Source of the DNA: Polyangia bacterium
Lineage (GTDB): Bacteria > Myxococcota_A > Polyangia > JAAYKL01
Length of the DNA: 24,657 nt
Assembly: GCA_050287845.1 (NCBI GenBank)
Contig: JBNKCR010000063.1
Location: 1-24,657 of the forward strand
Direction: 5' to 3'
Shown: piece after piece, positions 16,313 to 24,511 of the stretch
How positions within the stretch are numbered: the stretch's first letter is position 1
Layout: the number at the start of each line of letters is the position of its first letter
Notes under the pieces: model-generated
Told to the model about the DNA's origin: nothing
Seen by the model: the letters and a program-made list of their open reading frames with translations, nothing else
The model's database searches: none
Position numbers and translations under genes: made by a program

Positions 16313-17419
16313 ATGTCCTCTCTGAACAAGACGAAAATACTTCTCAAAAAACTTGAAAACTACCCCGACGGCGATGTTGCATCACTGGCACAACTGCTGG
16401 CGACGCGCGGTGCGGATTGTGAGTTGATTCGGGCAGCTGCCATGGACTGCATGGTGCAATACGCTGGAGACGCAGTCTATTTCAGGGGACTGGTGGAGGT
16501 GACCAACAGGTGTCGGCACAATTGTTATTATTGCGGAATTCGCAGGGATGCGCCCATTGAACGCTATCGCGCAACCGAGGCCAATATTATGGCAGCGGCG
16601 CATACCTGCAACCGTCTTGGATTTGGCTCCATGGTACTCCAATCCGGAGAGTTGAACACCGGCGCCTATGTGGATTTTATCTGTCGCGTTGTATCGCGCA
16701 TAAAAAAAGAGACTATATCAGACATGATGCCGGATGGGCTTGGGATTACCCTGAGTATCGGGGTATTGTCGCTCAACCAGTATCAGCGGCTGTTTGATGC
16801 CGGGGCTCACCGATATCTGCTGCGCCTGGAGACGTCGAATCCCGGGTTGTTTGAAGCGATTCACCCGCCGGAACAATCATTGGACCAGAGGTTGGAAGCG
16901 ATTGCCCATCTCAAAGCGGTGGGGTATCAGGTGGGTACCGGGGTTATGATTGGCCTTCCCGGACAGACAAACCGGATGCTTGCCGAAGATGTTCTTATGT
17001 TTCGGCGGCTGGATGTGGATATGGTGGGGATGGGGCCGTTTCTGCCCGCGGCCGATACGCCCATGGCCGCGGTTCCGATTTCGTCTGTCCAGGAACGGTT
17101 GCAGCTGGGGTTGAATATGATTGCCGTCACTCGATTGGTGTGCAGGGACATCAACATCGCCTCCACCACCGCACTGGAAGGTCTGCATCCCCGGGGGCGC
17201 CTGAAAGGGTTGCAGTATGGGGCGAATGTGGCGATGCCCAATCTGACCCCGCTGAATCTTCGTAAGCATTACAAATTATATGACGACAAGCCTGTCGCAC
17301 AGTCAGTGGACGATGCAGTGGCGGCTATCGAGAGCATTGGCCGGAAGGTCGCACTGAATCAGTATGGAGATTCAAGGCATTTTTTCAGCGGTCGGCGGAA
17401 TAATCCGGCAGCATCCTGA
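16313..17419 (+). CDS. hydE: [FeFe]-hydrogenase maturase HydE-like radical SAM protein
   Basis: VYFRGLVE.TN.CRHNCYYCGIR (CxxxCxxC), RYLLRLET, GTGVMIGLPGQT, DMVGMGPF, NIASTTAL, GANV.MPNLTP, YKLYDDKP. Confidence 0.85.
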   Translation: MSSLNKTKILLKKLENYPDGDVASLAQLLATRGADCELIRAAAMDCMVQYAGDAVYFRGLVEVTNRCRHNCYYCGIRRDAPIERYRATEANIMAAAHTCNRLGFGSMVLQSGELNTGAYVDFICRVVSRIKKETISDMMPDGLGITLSIGVLSLNQYQRLFDAGAHRYLLRLETSNPGLFEAIHPPEQSLDQRLEAIAHLKAVGYQVGTGVMIGLPGQTNRMLAEDVLMFRRLDVDMVGMGPFLPAADTPMAAVPISSVQERLQLGLNMIAVTRLVCRDINIASTTALEGLHPRGRLKGLQYGANVAMPNLTPLNLRKHYKLYDDKPVAQSVDDAVAAIESIGRKVALNQYGDSRHFFSGRRNNPAAS

Positions 17420-17520
17420 CCGGCACATGAATTTTGTTGAAAAAAGACTGGACCTTTTGGTCCGTTATGTTAACAACACTTTTCCAGTTCGGGTAACTTT
17501 GTGCCTGAAGTTGAAAATTA

Positions 17521-17548
17521 TTGACACGCTAGCGGTTTTGCGTAAACT
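17521..17548 (+). promoter_or_regulatory. Putative sigma70 promoter of rplC-rlmE
   Basis: TTGACA (17521-17526), 16 bp, TAAACT (17543-17548), with AT-rich sequence upstream. Confidence 0.6.
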
Positions 17549-17559
17549 GCAGCCTTCGA

Positions 17560-17579
17560 TTTCAGGGATAACCCTGAAA
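17560..17579 (+). promoter_or_regulatory. Perfect 8-bp hairpin in the rplC 5' UTR
   Basis: TTTCAGGG-ATAA-CCCTGAAA, 3 nt before the SD GAGGAG (17583-17588). Confidence 0.55.
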
Positions 17580-17594
17580 AACGAGGAGCTTACG

Positions 17595-18239
17595 ATGAAT
17601 ACAGCATGTGGCCTTTTAGGTAAAAAGCTGGGAATGACACAGGTTTTCGAGCCGGATGGTTCCAAAACCTGTGTAACTGCCATTGAGGTAGGTCCCTGTA
17701 CAGTGGTGGCAAAGCGGACCATGGACAAGGACGGTTATGTGGCCCTTCAGCTTGGTTATGTAGATAAAAAAGAACATCGCGTAAATCGCCCCCAGATGGG
17801 ACATTTCAAGAAAGCAAATGTGTCTCCAAAGCGATACCTTCGCGAATTCCGCGTTACTCAGGAAGTGGCAGACAGCTACGAAGTGGGACAGGAAATCGAC
17901 TTGAGTCTCTTTACCAATGGCGACCGTATCGACATCAAGGGAACCAGCAAGGGGAAGGGAACTGCCGGTGTGGTCAAAACCTACGGATTCCGCGGTGGTC
18001 GTTCCACTCACGGTGTGCACGAGGCATATCGTCACGGTGGATCTCTGGGAATGTGCCAGACACCCGGGCGCGTGTTGAAAGGTCACAAAATGGCTGGTCG
18101 TCACTCCAATAAAACAGTGACACTCCAGGGGATGAAAATTGTACGACTGTTCAGCGGCGACAATATCATTTTTGTTAAAGGACCGGTTCCCGGCAGTCGG
18201 AACAGTCTGGTTCAGATTCGTCCTGCCATTAAAGGCTGA
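17595..18239 (+). CDS. rplC: 50S ribosomal protein L3 (not in an S10 operon context)
   Basis: GLLGKKLGMTQVF, DGYVALQLG, GTSKGKG, STHG, GSLGMCQTPGRVLKGHKMAG, VKGPVPG. The true start is ATG 17595 after SD GAGGAG; the ORF-track start 17364 is over-extended. Confidence 0.98.
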   Translation: MNTACGLLGKKLGMTQVFEPDGSKTCVTAIEVGPCTVVAKRTMDKDGYVALQLGYVDKKEHRVNRPQMGHFKKANVSPKRYLREFRVTQEVADSYEVGQEIDLSLFTNGDRIDIKGTSKGKGTAGVVKTYGFRGGRSTHGVHEAYRHGGSLGMCQTPGRVLKGHKMAGRHSNKTVTLQGMKIVRLFSGDNIIFVKGPVPGSRNSLVQIRPAIKG

Positions 18240-18247
18240 TTCTTTCC

Positions 18248-18880
18248 GTGGGCGGGCAACGCCGAAAACAGGATCACTTTGCCAAACGCGCGAAACGCGA
18301 AAAGTATCCTGCACGTTCCGTATATAAGCTGGAAGAAATTGATAAACGGGTTCAACTGTTGAAACCGGGGATGTGCGTTCTTGATTTGGGCGCCGCACCG
18401 GGTTCGTGGAGCCTATACGTTGCCAGCAAGGTTACGCCCTCCGGCCGGGTAATTGCGGTGGATCGCGCGCCGATGACTATTGGCCTGCCCGCACATGTGA
18501 CTGCTGTTACCGCAAGCGCCCTGGATATCGAACCTGAAGAGCTGTTGCAGATGATCCCCGGCTCGGGGTTTGATGTCGTGATTTCTGACATGGCGCCGAG
18601 GACCAGTGGACATCGTTTTGTTGACCAATCCCGTTCTTATCAGCTATTCATGCGGGCATTGGAATTGGGGGCGGCCCTTTGCGGCGAGGGGGGCCGGTTT
18701 GTGGGAAAAATATTTGTAGGTGAGGATTTCGAAGATGCAAGGCGGCGGGTTCGGGATCTGTTCGGGAAAGATAAAATAATTCGACCGAAAAGTGTTCGCT
18801 CCGAGAGCTACGAAACCTATGTGGTGGGAATGTCGCGGGTCGCCAATCCGCCGGATGCGTCAGACACGAAGACTTCCTGA
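18248..18880 (+). CDS. rlmE: 23S rRNA Um2552 2'-O-methyltransferase (RlmE/FtsJ)
   Basis: YPARSVYKLEEID, VLDLGAAPGSWS, VISDMAP, FVGKIF, RSESYETY (K-D-K-E tetrad); GTG start 8 bp after rplC. Confidence 0.95.
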   Translation: MGGQRRKQDHFAKRAKREKYPARSVYKLEEIDKRVQLLKPGMCVLDLGAAPGSWSLYVASKVTPSGRVIAVDRAPMTIGLPAHVTAVTASALDIEPEELLQMIPGSGFDVVISDMAPRTSGHRFVDQSRSYQLFMRALELGAALCGEGGRFVGKIFVGEDFEDARRRVRDLFGKDKIIRPKSVRSESYETYVVGMSRVANPPDASDTKTS

Positions 18881-18910
18881 TTGAGAATGCCCTGCAGTAT
18901 TTACGATTCG

Positions 18911-18943
18911 ACTCTTTTGTGAAGTATCAGAAAAGAGTATACT
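18911..18943 (+). promoter_or_regulatory. Inverted repeat abutting a TATACT -10 upstream of the Ig-like lipoprotein gene (operator or terminator)
   Basis: ACTCTTTT-g-TGA-agta-TCA-g-AAAAGAGT (18911-18938); TATACT at 18938-18943. Confidence 0.45.
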
Positions 18944-18995
18944 GTCATTGAAAATTGGAATTCATTCAGGACGAATCAACGATCAGGAGTTTTTA

Positions 18996-19718
18996 ATGAA
19001 ACAAAAGCTTGCGTGGATAATCGTGGCTATCTGGACGATAGCTGTCATCGGTTGTGGCGACGAGGTGAAAATTGTGAGTGTCGAGCCCGCAACCATTAAT
19101 TTCAATGCAAAAACGAATTCGACAAAGTTGAGAGCGCAGGGGTTGACGCTGCGCGGTGACCCGATTCCCGGCATCAAATTCAATATGCTTTGCGACAATA
19201 CATCCGTAGCGGAAGTGGATGCCGATGGTATGGTCAAACCGGTGGGGAACGGCACTGCAACGATTATTGTAACGACACCGGAAGGCAAAAAGGGCGAAGC
19301 GTTTGTTAAGGTGTGTCTGCCGACAGAAATCAAATGTACACCTGAAAGTGTGTTGAATCTTCGAGTGGGGACCGCCGCGCCCATTAAATGTCACGTCGAG
19401 GATTGCAATGGTGAAACACTGCCAAACAAGCTGGATTACGTGGAAGCGGATAAAGATGCGCTTTTCAAGGATCCGACCATGGAGGGCACTTTTGTTGGGA
19501 AGGTGACTGGAAAAACCCAGGTTACGGTGAAAGGCAGTGGGCTCGAAAAGGTGATCACTGTGGAAGTGGCCGAGCAGATTTTCTCTCCGGGCGGTAAACC
19601 GGGCACCGGCGGTAGCGGCGGTGGTGGCGGAAAACGAAATGATCGTAATAAAGATCCGTATAATGAGAAATCGGGCGGTCAGTTCAATCACATACTCAGC
19701 AACATGAAATTCAACTGA
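18996..19718 (+). CDS. Lipoprotein with two Ig-like (Big_2-type) repeats and a Gly-rich C-terminal tail
   Basis: SD AGGAG, then MKQK...AVIGC lipobox. DNTSVAEVDADGMVKPVGNGTATIIVTT is Big_2-like, with a second repeat GTFVGKVTGKTQVTVK. Confidence 0.75.
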   Translation: MKQKLAWIIVAIWTIAVIGCGDEVKIVSVEPATINFNAKTNSTKLRAQGLTLRGDPIPGIKFNMLCDNTSVAEVDADGMVKPVGNGTATIIVTTPEGKKGEAFVKVCLPTEIKCTPESVLNLRVGTAAPIKCHVEDCNGETLPNKLDYVEADKDALFKDPTMEGTFVGKVTGKTQVTVKGSGLEKVITVEVAEQIFSPGGKPGTGGSGGGGGKRNDRNKDPYNEKSGGQFNHILSNMKFN

Positions 19719-19872
19719 ACGCTGACTCCCGGTTTTTCGACGGCGTTGTCAGCATGATCCAGCGGAATTTTACCCATGGTTCCGGGGAAGACTACTTGAC
19801 GAAGCGCCAATGAAATTGATACGTTGAAACGGTCGCTTCAGAAATGGCGATATGTTGAAAGAGGAGAAGCAT

Positions 19873-20886
19873 ATGCGTCGAACGCCGACGAAAATACTGG
19901 TCACTGCAGCCATGCTGATTCTGAGCATTGCTTTTTCCCGACGGGGAAGCACGAAAGAACTCGATTTGTCCGTCGCCAGATTTATTGAGTGTTCAAACGA
20001 CGGTTTGGACTGCCGTGCGCATAATGACGCGTACGAAAAGTTTATGGCAGAGTATTCCTTCGGCATTTCGCCCAAATTGATGTCACCTGCCAGTACGCTG
20101 GGGTATTCGGGATTTTATCTGGGTATTGAAACATCGCTGGCAGCAGTTCCGTCAAGCGGTACGGATGCATTTGAGCGGACGAACGGCAATTACAATGACG
20201 CCAGGTGGCGAATTGGCACTGCAGAGTTCAATGCAGCGCCTGAGCGAATGTTCTTTCCTACCATTCATGTTCGCAAGGGACTGCCCTGGTCGTTTGAGGT
20301 GGGCAGTTCCATCAGTTACCTCGCCAAATCGGAGCTCATAGCCCTGGGGGGCGAAATTAAATGGTCGCTGTTTGAAGGATACAAGGATGGCGTGCTTGGC
20401 GCACTGCCCGACGTGGCAGTGAGGGGGACCGTCAATCGGGTCATTGGGCAGTCCGATGTGGATATGACTCTTGTGGGTGTCGATGGTTCGGTTTCCAGAC
20501 CGTTTGGTATCGCCGGGGTGATGTCTATTGAACCCTACGCCGGATATCAGTTCATGTGGTCAATTATTCGAACGGAGCCAATGGCTCTGTACAATGAAAC
20601 GGGTGCTCTCATGCCTTCCGGATCGAGTCTCTATGACGCAGCTGAAGCCAATTTGAGTGGCCCCAATCTGACTCGCCGGAAGATTTTTGCCGGTTTTCTG
20701 TTTCGGTACGAAATGTTGACGGTAACAATGGACTGGACCGTGGGATTGCCTGCCAAATGGACCACGGAACAATATCCCGATTTTTTGACAGCACCTGCCG
20801 GTAGCGCAAATCTGAGCATGCAGAAAGTCGACGTGAAGACGTCTGCCCAAGTCGCCTGGTCCATGGGCGTTGGCGTTCAATTCTGA
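19873..20886 (+). CDS. Putative outer-membrane beta-barrel protein
   Basis: SD GAGGAG, signal peptide, alternating amphipathic strands (HVRKGLPWSFEVG, GGEIKWSLFEG, LPDVAVRG, IEPYAGYQF) and a C-terminal beta-signal WSMGVGVQF. Confidence 0.75.
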   Translation: MRRTPTKILVTAAMLILSIAFSRRGSTKELDLSVARFIECSNDGLDCRAHNDAYEKFMAEYSFGISPKLMSPASTLGYSGFYLGIETSLAAVPSSGTDAFERTNGNYNDARWRIGTAEFNAAPERMFFPTIHVRKGLPWSFEVGSSISYLAKSELIALGGEIKWSLFEGYKDGVLGALPDVAVRGTVNRVIGQSDVDMTLVGVDGSVSRPFGIAGVMSIEPYAGYQFMWSIIRTEPMALYNETGALMPSGSSLYDAAEANLSGPNLTRRKIFAGFLFRYEMLTVTMDWTVGLPAKWTTEQYPDFLTAPAGSANLSMQKVDVKTSAQVAWSMGVGVQF

Positions 20887-20963
20887 CGCCCGATACTTTT
20901 TCAGAAATATAAGAGTCAAGTGACGATGTTTTTGTCAGAATATCTGCCGAAAAGAGTGTTTCC

Positions 20964-21000
20964 CGATTGTTTGAACTGAACGATTGTAATATGTTACACT
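20964..21000 (+). promoter_or_regulatory. Putative extended -10 promoter with overlapping palindrome
   Basis: TTGAAC (20971-20976), TG-t-TACACT (20992-21000), palindrome TGTAAtatgTTACA (20985-20998), and direct repeat CGATTGT at 20964 and 20981. Confidence 0.45.
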
Positions 21001-21118
21001 CCGCACAATGGGCCGAATTGGAATTTTTGCGATTGTTTTCTGTTCAGGAAAAGGATAGAGCGATTCGGCGGGACGACGCGTTTTAACGAAAGCAAGGTCA
21101 GTCCGAAGCAGCTTTGTT

Positions 21119-21346
21119 ATGGATAAGTTTATAAAAATATTTCTATTCGCAGTTTATCTGGTATTGCTTTTGTCCGCGGCAGGATGTGAAAGAGAGCTGG
21201 ACCTCGGTTTTCGTATCAGTGAAACTAAGGATTCTGATGAAACAGCAAAGAGTTCATCGGATGTCAGTACGTTGTTGGATTCAGAAGCTGAGGATGACTC
21301 AGAATCGGCTACAGAATCAGACCGATCCCACTCTGACCGCAATTGA
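21119..21346 (+). CDS. Small acidic Ser/Asp/Glu-rich lipoprotein (75 aa)
   Basis: MDKFIK, hydrophobic core, SAAGC lipobox, followed only by a low-complexity acidic tail. Confidence 0.6.
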   Translation: MDKFIKIFLFAVYLVLLLSAAGCERELDLGFRISETKDSDETAKSSSDVSTLLDSEAEDDSESATESDRSHSDRN

Positions 21347-21376
21347 GCAGGCGTGGAAAGTGGATAAGGGGAACCG

Positions 21377-22720
21377 ATGGATAACATCGCGATGGGTGAG
21401 AACAGACAAAGGAATATGAATCAGACAGAGAATGTGACAGTATCTGAAGACAATGAGAGTCTGCTGAAGGGGTCATGTCCGCTGGACGTGCAGATAGCTT
21501 TTGAACGGCGACCTTTTCGTTTTGCCGAATCCTCTCTCGATATTGATGCACTGAAAGTTGTTCATCGCCTGAAGCGCTTTGGATTTGAAACCTATCTGGT
21601 TGGCGGGTGCGTTCGTGACCTGCTGCTGGGGGCGGTTCCAAAGGATTTTGATGTGGTGACATCGGCAAGACCCGCAGAGATAAAGGCATTGTTTCGCAAT
21701 TGCCGATTGATTGGGCGCCGATTTCGTCTTGCGCATTTGCATTTCAAGGATCAGAAAATCATTGAAGTGGCCACGTTTCGCAGAGAGCCGCTCGAAACCG
21801 ATGATTTAACGACACGCCATGCGGCACAGAATCTCTTCGGCACAGCCGCCGACGATGCGCTTCGCAGGGATTTTACTGTAAATTCATTGATGTATGATGT
21901 CGAAAATGGCGAGATTCTGGACTGGGTTGGCGGACTTAAAGACATCGAAAACAGGGTGATTCGGGCCATTGGTGCGCCACAAAGACGGTTGCCGGAAGAC
22001 CCGGTGCGCATTATTCGCGCCATAAAATTTTCGTTGCGACTGAATCTGAATATTGAACAATCTCTTCATGAACAGATGGTACAGCATGCATCGCTTCTGA
22101 CCGATTGTTCCAAAGCGCGATTGCTTGAAGAATTATTTAAAATACTGCGCAGTGGATATGCCGCGCCGTGCCTGGCTCAATTGGAATCCGTGGGCGTGCT
22201 GTCTTATATTCTGCCTGAGTTCTGTAACATGTGGGCGCAGTTGGAGAATCCGTCCTGGGGTCTGCTCGCAAAAGCGGATGAGTGGGTACTGAGTGGTCGT
22301 GCGGTCTCAGATTCGTTTCTGCTGGCCGTTCTTTTGTATCCGGTTCTGGCGGATATGATTTGGGAATCCAATGATGTCGCCAAAGCAGTATCGGCAATTC
22401 TGAAATCTGTGGTAACGCCGCTTCAGTTTACCAAGAAACACATGACTACCGTGCGAAATGCCTATATCGTGCAACGACGCATGGTCAAGGGCCCGCGAAA
22501 TAAACGCACCCGGCGTCTGGTGGAGCGGGATTATGCGCCGGAAGCCATCGAATTGCTCGATATTACCGATAAGGCCACCGGTGCGGTGATTGGTCAGTGG
22601 CGAAAGCTCGTGGCGAAACGGGTTGGCATGGCGATGAAGAGTGTAGCGGTTCTTCCCCGTGCAGCACGTCGCCGTCCGCCGGTGAAGCGAACCAGAACGC
22701 CAAAGAAATCTGCGGACTGA
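21377..22720 (+). CDS. pcnB: Poly(A) polymerase I
   Basis: YLVGGCVRDLLLG..PKDFDV, PAP-specific signature LIGRRFRLAHL, RRDFTVN, EDPVRIIRA, basic C-terminal tail. The start is uncertain (21377/21392/21416). Confidence 0.93.
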   Translation: MDNIAMGENRQRNMNQTENVTVSEDNESLLKGSCPLDVQIAFERRPFRFAESSLDIDALKVVHRLKRFGFETYLVGGCVRDLLLGAVPKDFDVVTSARPAEIKALFRNCRLIGRRFRLAHLHFKDQKIIEVATFRREPLETDDLTTRHAAQNLFGTAADDALRRDFTVNSLMYDVENGEILDWVGGLKDIENRVIRAIGAPQRRLPEDPVRIIRAIKFSLRLNLNIEQSLHEQMVQHASLLTDCSKARLLEELFKILRSGYAAPCLAQLESVGVLSYILPEFCNMWAQLENPSWGLLAKADEWVLSGRAVSDSFLLAVLLYPVLADMIWESNDVAKAVSAILKSVVTPLQFTKKHMTTVRNAYIVQRRMVKGPRNKRTRRLVERDYAPEAIELLDITDKATGAVIGQWRKLVAKRVGMAMKSVAVLPRAARRRPPVKRTRTPKKSAD

Positions 22721-23051
22721 TGCACGCTCCAGATTAGAAGAAATGGCGCACAACCAATGGGCCGAGCAATATCTTCAAATCTATTTCATCCTACAGTGAA
22801 CGGATTATTACGGCCGTTGTTGAATAAAAAGGGTCAACTTTATGCCGGTGATTTGACTCCATTTTTCTGGTCGCATAAAATAACATCAGACCGAATTGGA
22901 ATTCAGCTGCTTGCGTTGTATCCGGGGGAGATGGCGATTTTGCGCGACACTCCGTTCAGACGCGATCGGCAAGGAATGGTAGAAGTCTGATTATTCTCGG
23001 ATTATCATGGGTTACGGGGCGTGATTTTTAATTTCAGGGAAGGAAACGGCA

Positions 23052-23597
23052 ATGACAGAAAAATCGTTTGATGCTGCAGGATTTGTGCAAATCGATCTGA
23101 AGTCTGGAACAATACAGACACCAGGGGACACAACGATGGCACTGATTCCCGTTGATTTGTTCGCTGCGATTCCCGCAACGGATGAATTGAAAGAGGGCGC
23201 GCGCATCTTCGGAAATAATCGCGGAAAGATTTTTCGTCAGAATCAGGTGCTATCCAGTGCTTCGATGGCAGTTCTGGCGCAGCATCTTCAAGGCGAAATC
23301 GCTCTGATCGGGGCGGGAAATACCAGTATTGATGTGCTGGGCGACGCGCTGATTGTGAAAATACACGGCCCGATGACGGGGTATCGTTCTGCAGCGGTAT
23401 TGCTGGAGGGCTTTGTGGCCGGTTACATATCCGCCGTTTCGGAATCTGAATTCAACGCAATATCCAGTCAGATGAAGGGCTCTGGGCTGGGCATTTTTGT
23501 CGGAAATCCGGATGCCGTGAAAGTGATATACAACGCGCTTTCTGCTTCCGTGCCTCTGACGGATGCGATATTGCGATTGAAAAGGGAGGTGGCCTGA
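23052..23597 (+). CDS. Hypothetical protein with possible V4R/HNOB/Bet3-like fold
   Basis: SD upstream. Pattern IDLKSGTI...MALIPVDL...GARIFG...G...IALIGAG.....GDALIV...LLEGFVAGYIS resembles the V4R core. No Cys is present. Confidence 0.55.
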   Translation: MTEKSFDAAGFVQIDLKSGTIQTPGDTTMALIPVDLFAAIPATDELKEGARIFGNNRGKIFRQNQVLSSASMAVLAQHLQGEIALIGAGNTSIDVLGDALIVKIHGPMTGYRSAAVLLEGFVAGYISAVSESEFNAISSQMKGSGLGIFVGNPDAVKVIYNALSASVPLTDAILRLKREVA

Positions 23598-24511
23598 TGG
23601 AAAACCAGGTTCAGATACTGGAAGATTTGTTGGCCAGAGTCCAGCGCAATCGATTGAAAATGGACACGGTCAGTCAGGGGCATCGTCGCTGGGACGATGT
23701 TGTCGGGAAATCGGCGGCGGCTGCCGTCGAAGTGCAGGAGCGGGATATGGGTGTGTCGGTATCCGGCGGTTCGGATGTGATTGATCTGGTAAATCCGACC
23801 AGTGTGCCGCCTTCAGCGGTTGCATATAAAAGCGATGAGATACCCACCCGGCAGTCCGCTGCGATAGCGCCCGATGTGGATAACAGGATGACGAACGAAG
23901 ACGATTTTTCTTCGGTGGCACCGGTATCGGTGGCACCGGCTTCCGGGGTGAACAGCCAGGAGTCGGAGGAAGATGATTTTTCTTCGGTGGCCCCTGTATC
24001 TGTGGCGCCCGCTACCTCAGCCGATACAGCGGATGACGACATCGCAGCTGAATTGCCTCACTCTATGGTACCGGTCGATGTTACTGCCGGAAGCCAGAAT
24101 GATTCTGCGGAAAAAATTCGATCTTCGGTGCCTTTGAGAGCTGTGGAAGTGGAGGCTGATACCCTGGATGTGGTACCGCCGTCCATGTTACCAATGTCTG
24201 AGCCGCAGATGGCCTCTGGCGAAGCATCTTCAGCTGTGGATGAAGATGAGCTGGAACTGGAGAATACCGATACCGCATCGATGCATCCTGGAATCCCGCA
24301 TGGGACCCCTTCGATGGAAGCATTGCACGCCGTGAGCACCGCAAACACCCCGGATACGGTTTCTCCCGAGTCCGTAGAAACCAGGTCATTTGAAGGCACA
24401 GCAACGGCATCTGGAGATATTGTTCACGTGTCGCAGAAATTGCCTGAGCCGAAATCATGGGCCATATCCGCAGTTCTTCATCGTGCCTGGTCATTGGGAA
24501 AACCGGAATAA
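23597..24511 (+). CDS. Acidic intrinsically disordered protein with short N- and C-terminal amphipathic helices
   Basis: SD GGGAGG, TGATG overlap with the upstream gene. N-terminal ILEDLLARVQRNR, Ser/Pro/Asp/Glu/Ala-rich middle, C-terminal WAISAVLHRAWSL. Confidence 0.8.
   Translation: MENQVQILEDLLARVQRNRLKMDTVSQGHRRWDDVVGKSAAAAVEVQERDMGVSVSGGSDVIDLVNPTSVPPSAVAYKSDEIPTRQSAAIAPDVDNRMTNEDDFSSVAPVSVAPASGVNSQESEEDDFSSVAPVSVAPATSADTADDDIAAELPHSMVPVDVTAGSQNDSAEKIRSSVPLRAVEVEADTLDVVPPSMLPMSEPQMASGEASSAVDEDELELENTDTASMHPGIPHGTPSMEALHAVSTANTPDTVSPESVETRSFEGTATASGDIVHVSQKLPEPKSWAISAVLHRAWSLGKPE
23897..24013 (+). repeat. Two in-frame copies of EDDFSSVAPVSVAPA (45 bp, 72-bp period)
   Basis: Copies at 23897-23941 and 23969-24013 have identical amino acids but different synonymous codons. 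Confidence 0.9.

Noticed and set aside
17364..17594. 77-aa N-terminal extension of L3 in the ORF track
   Set aside because: It overlaps hydE and the promoter. The SD and L3 homology begin at 17595.
21377..22720. CCA-adding enzyme instead of poly(A) polymerase
   Set aside because: The PAP-specific LIGRRFxLxHL signature is present.
5254..22720. Clustering of RNA-related genes (rpsO, pnp, rplC, rlmE, pcnB) as one dedicated system
   Set aside because: They are interspersed with unrelated genes and have separate promoters, which fits an ordinary housekeeping backbone.
22721..23051. 330-bp gap with ORF 22757..22990 and a short GTTGA-N10-TCAAC inverted repeat; possible sRNA or riboswitch
   Set aside because: No recognisable protein features or convincing SD, and no known RNA motif or strong structure visible by eye. 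An Rfam scan would be needed.
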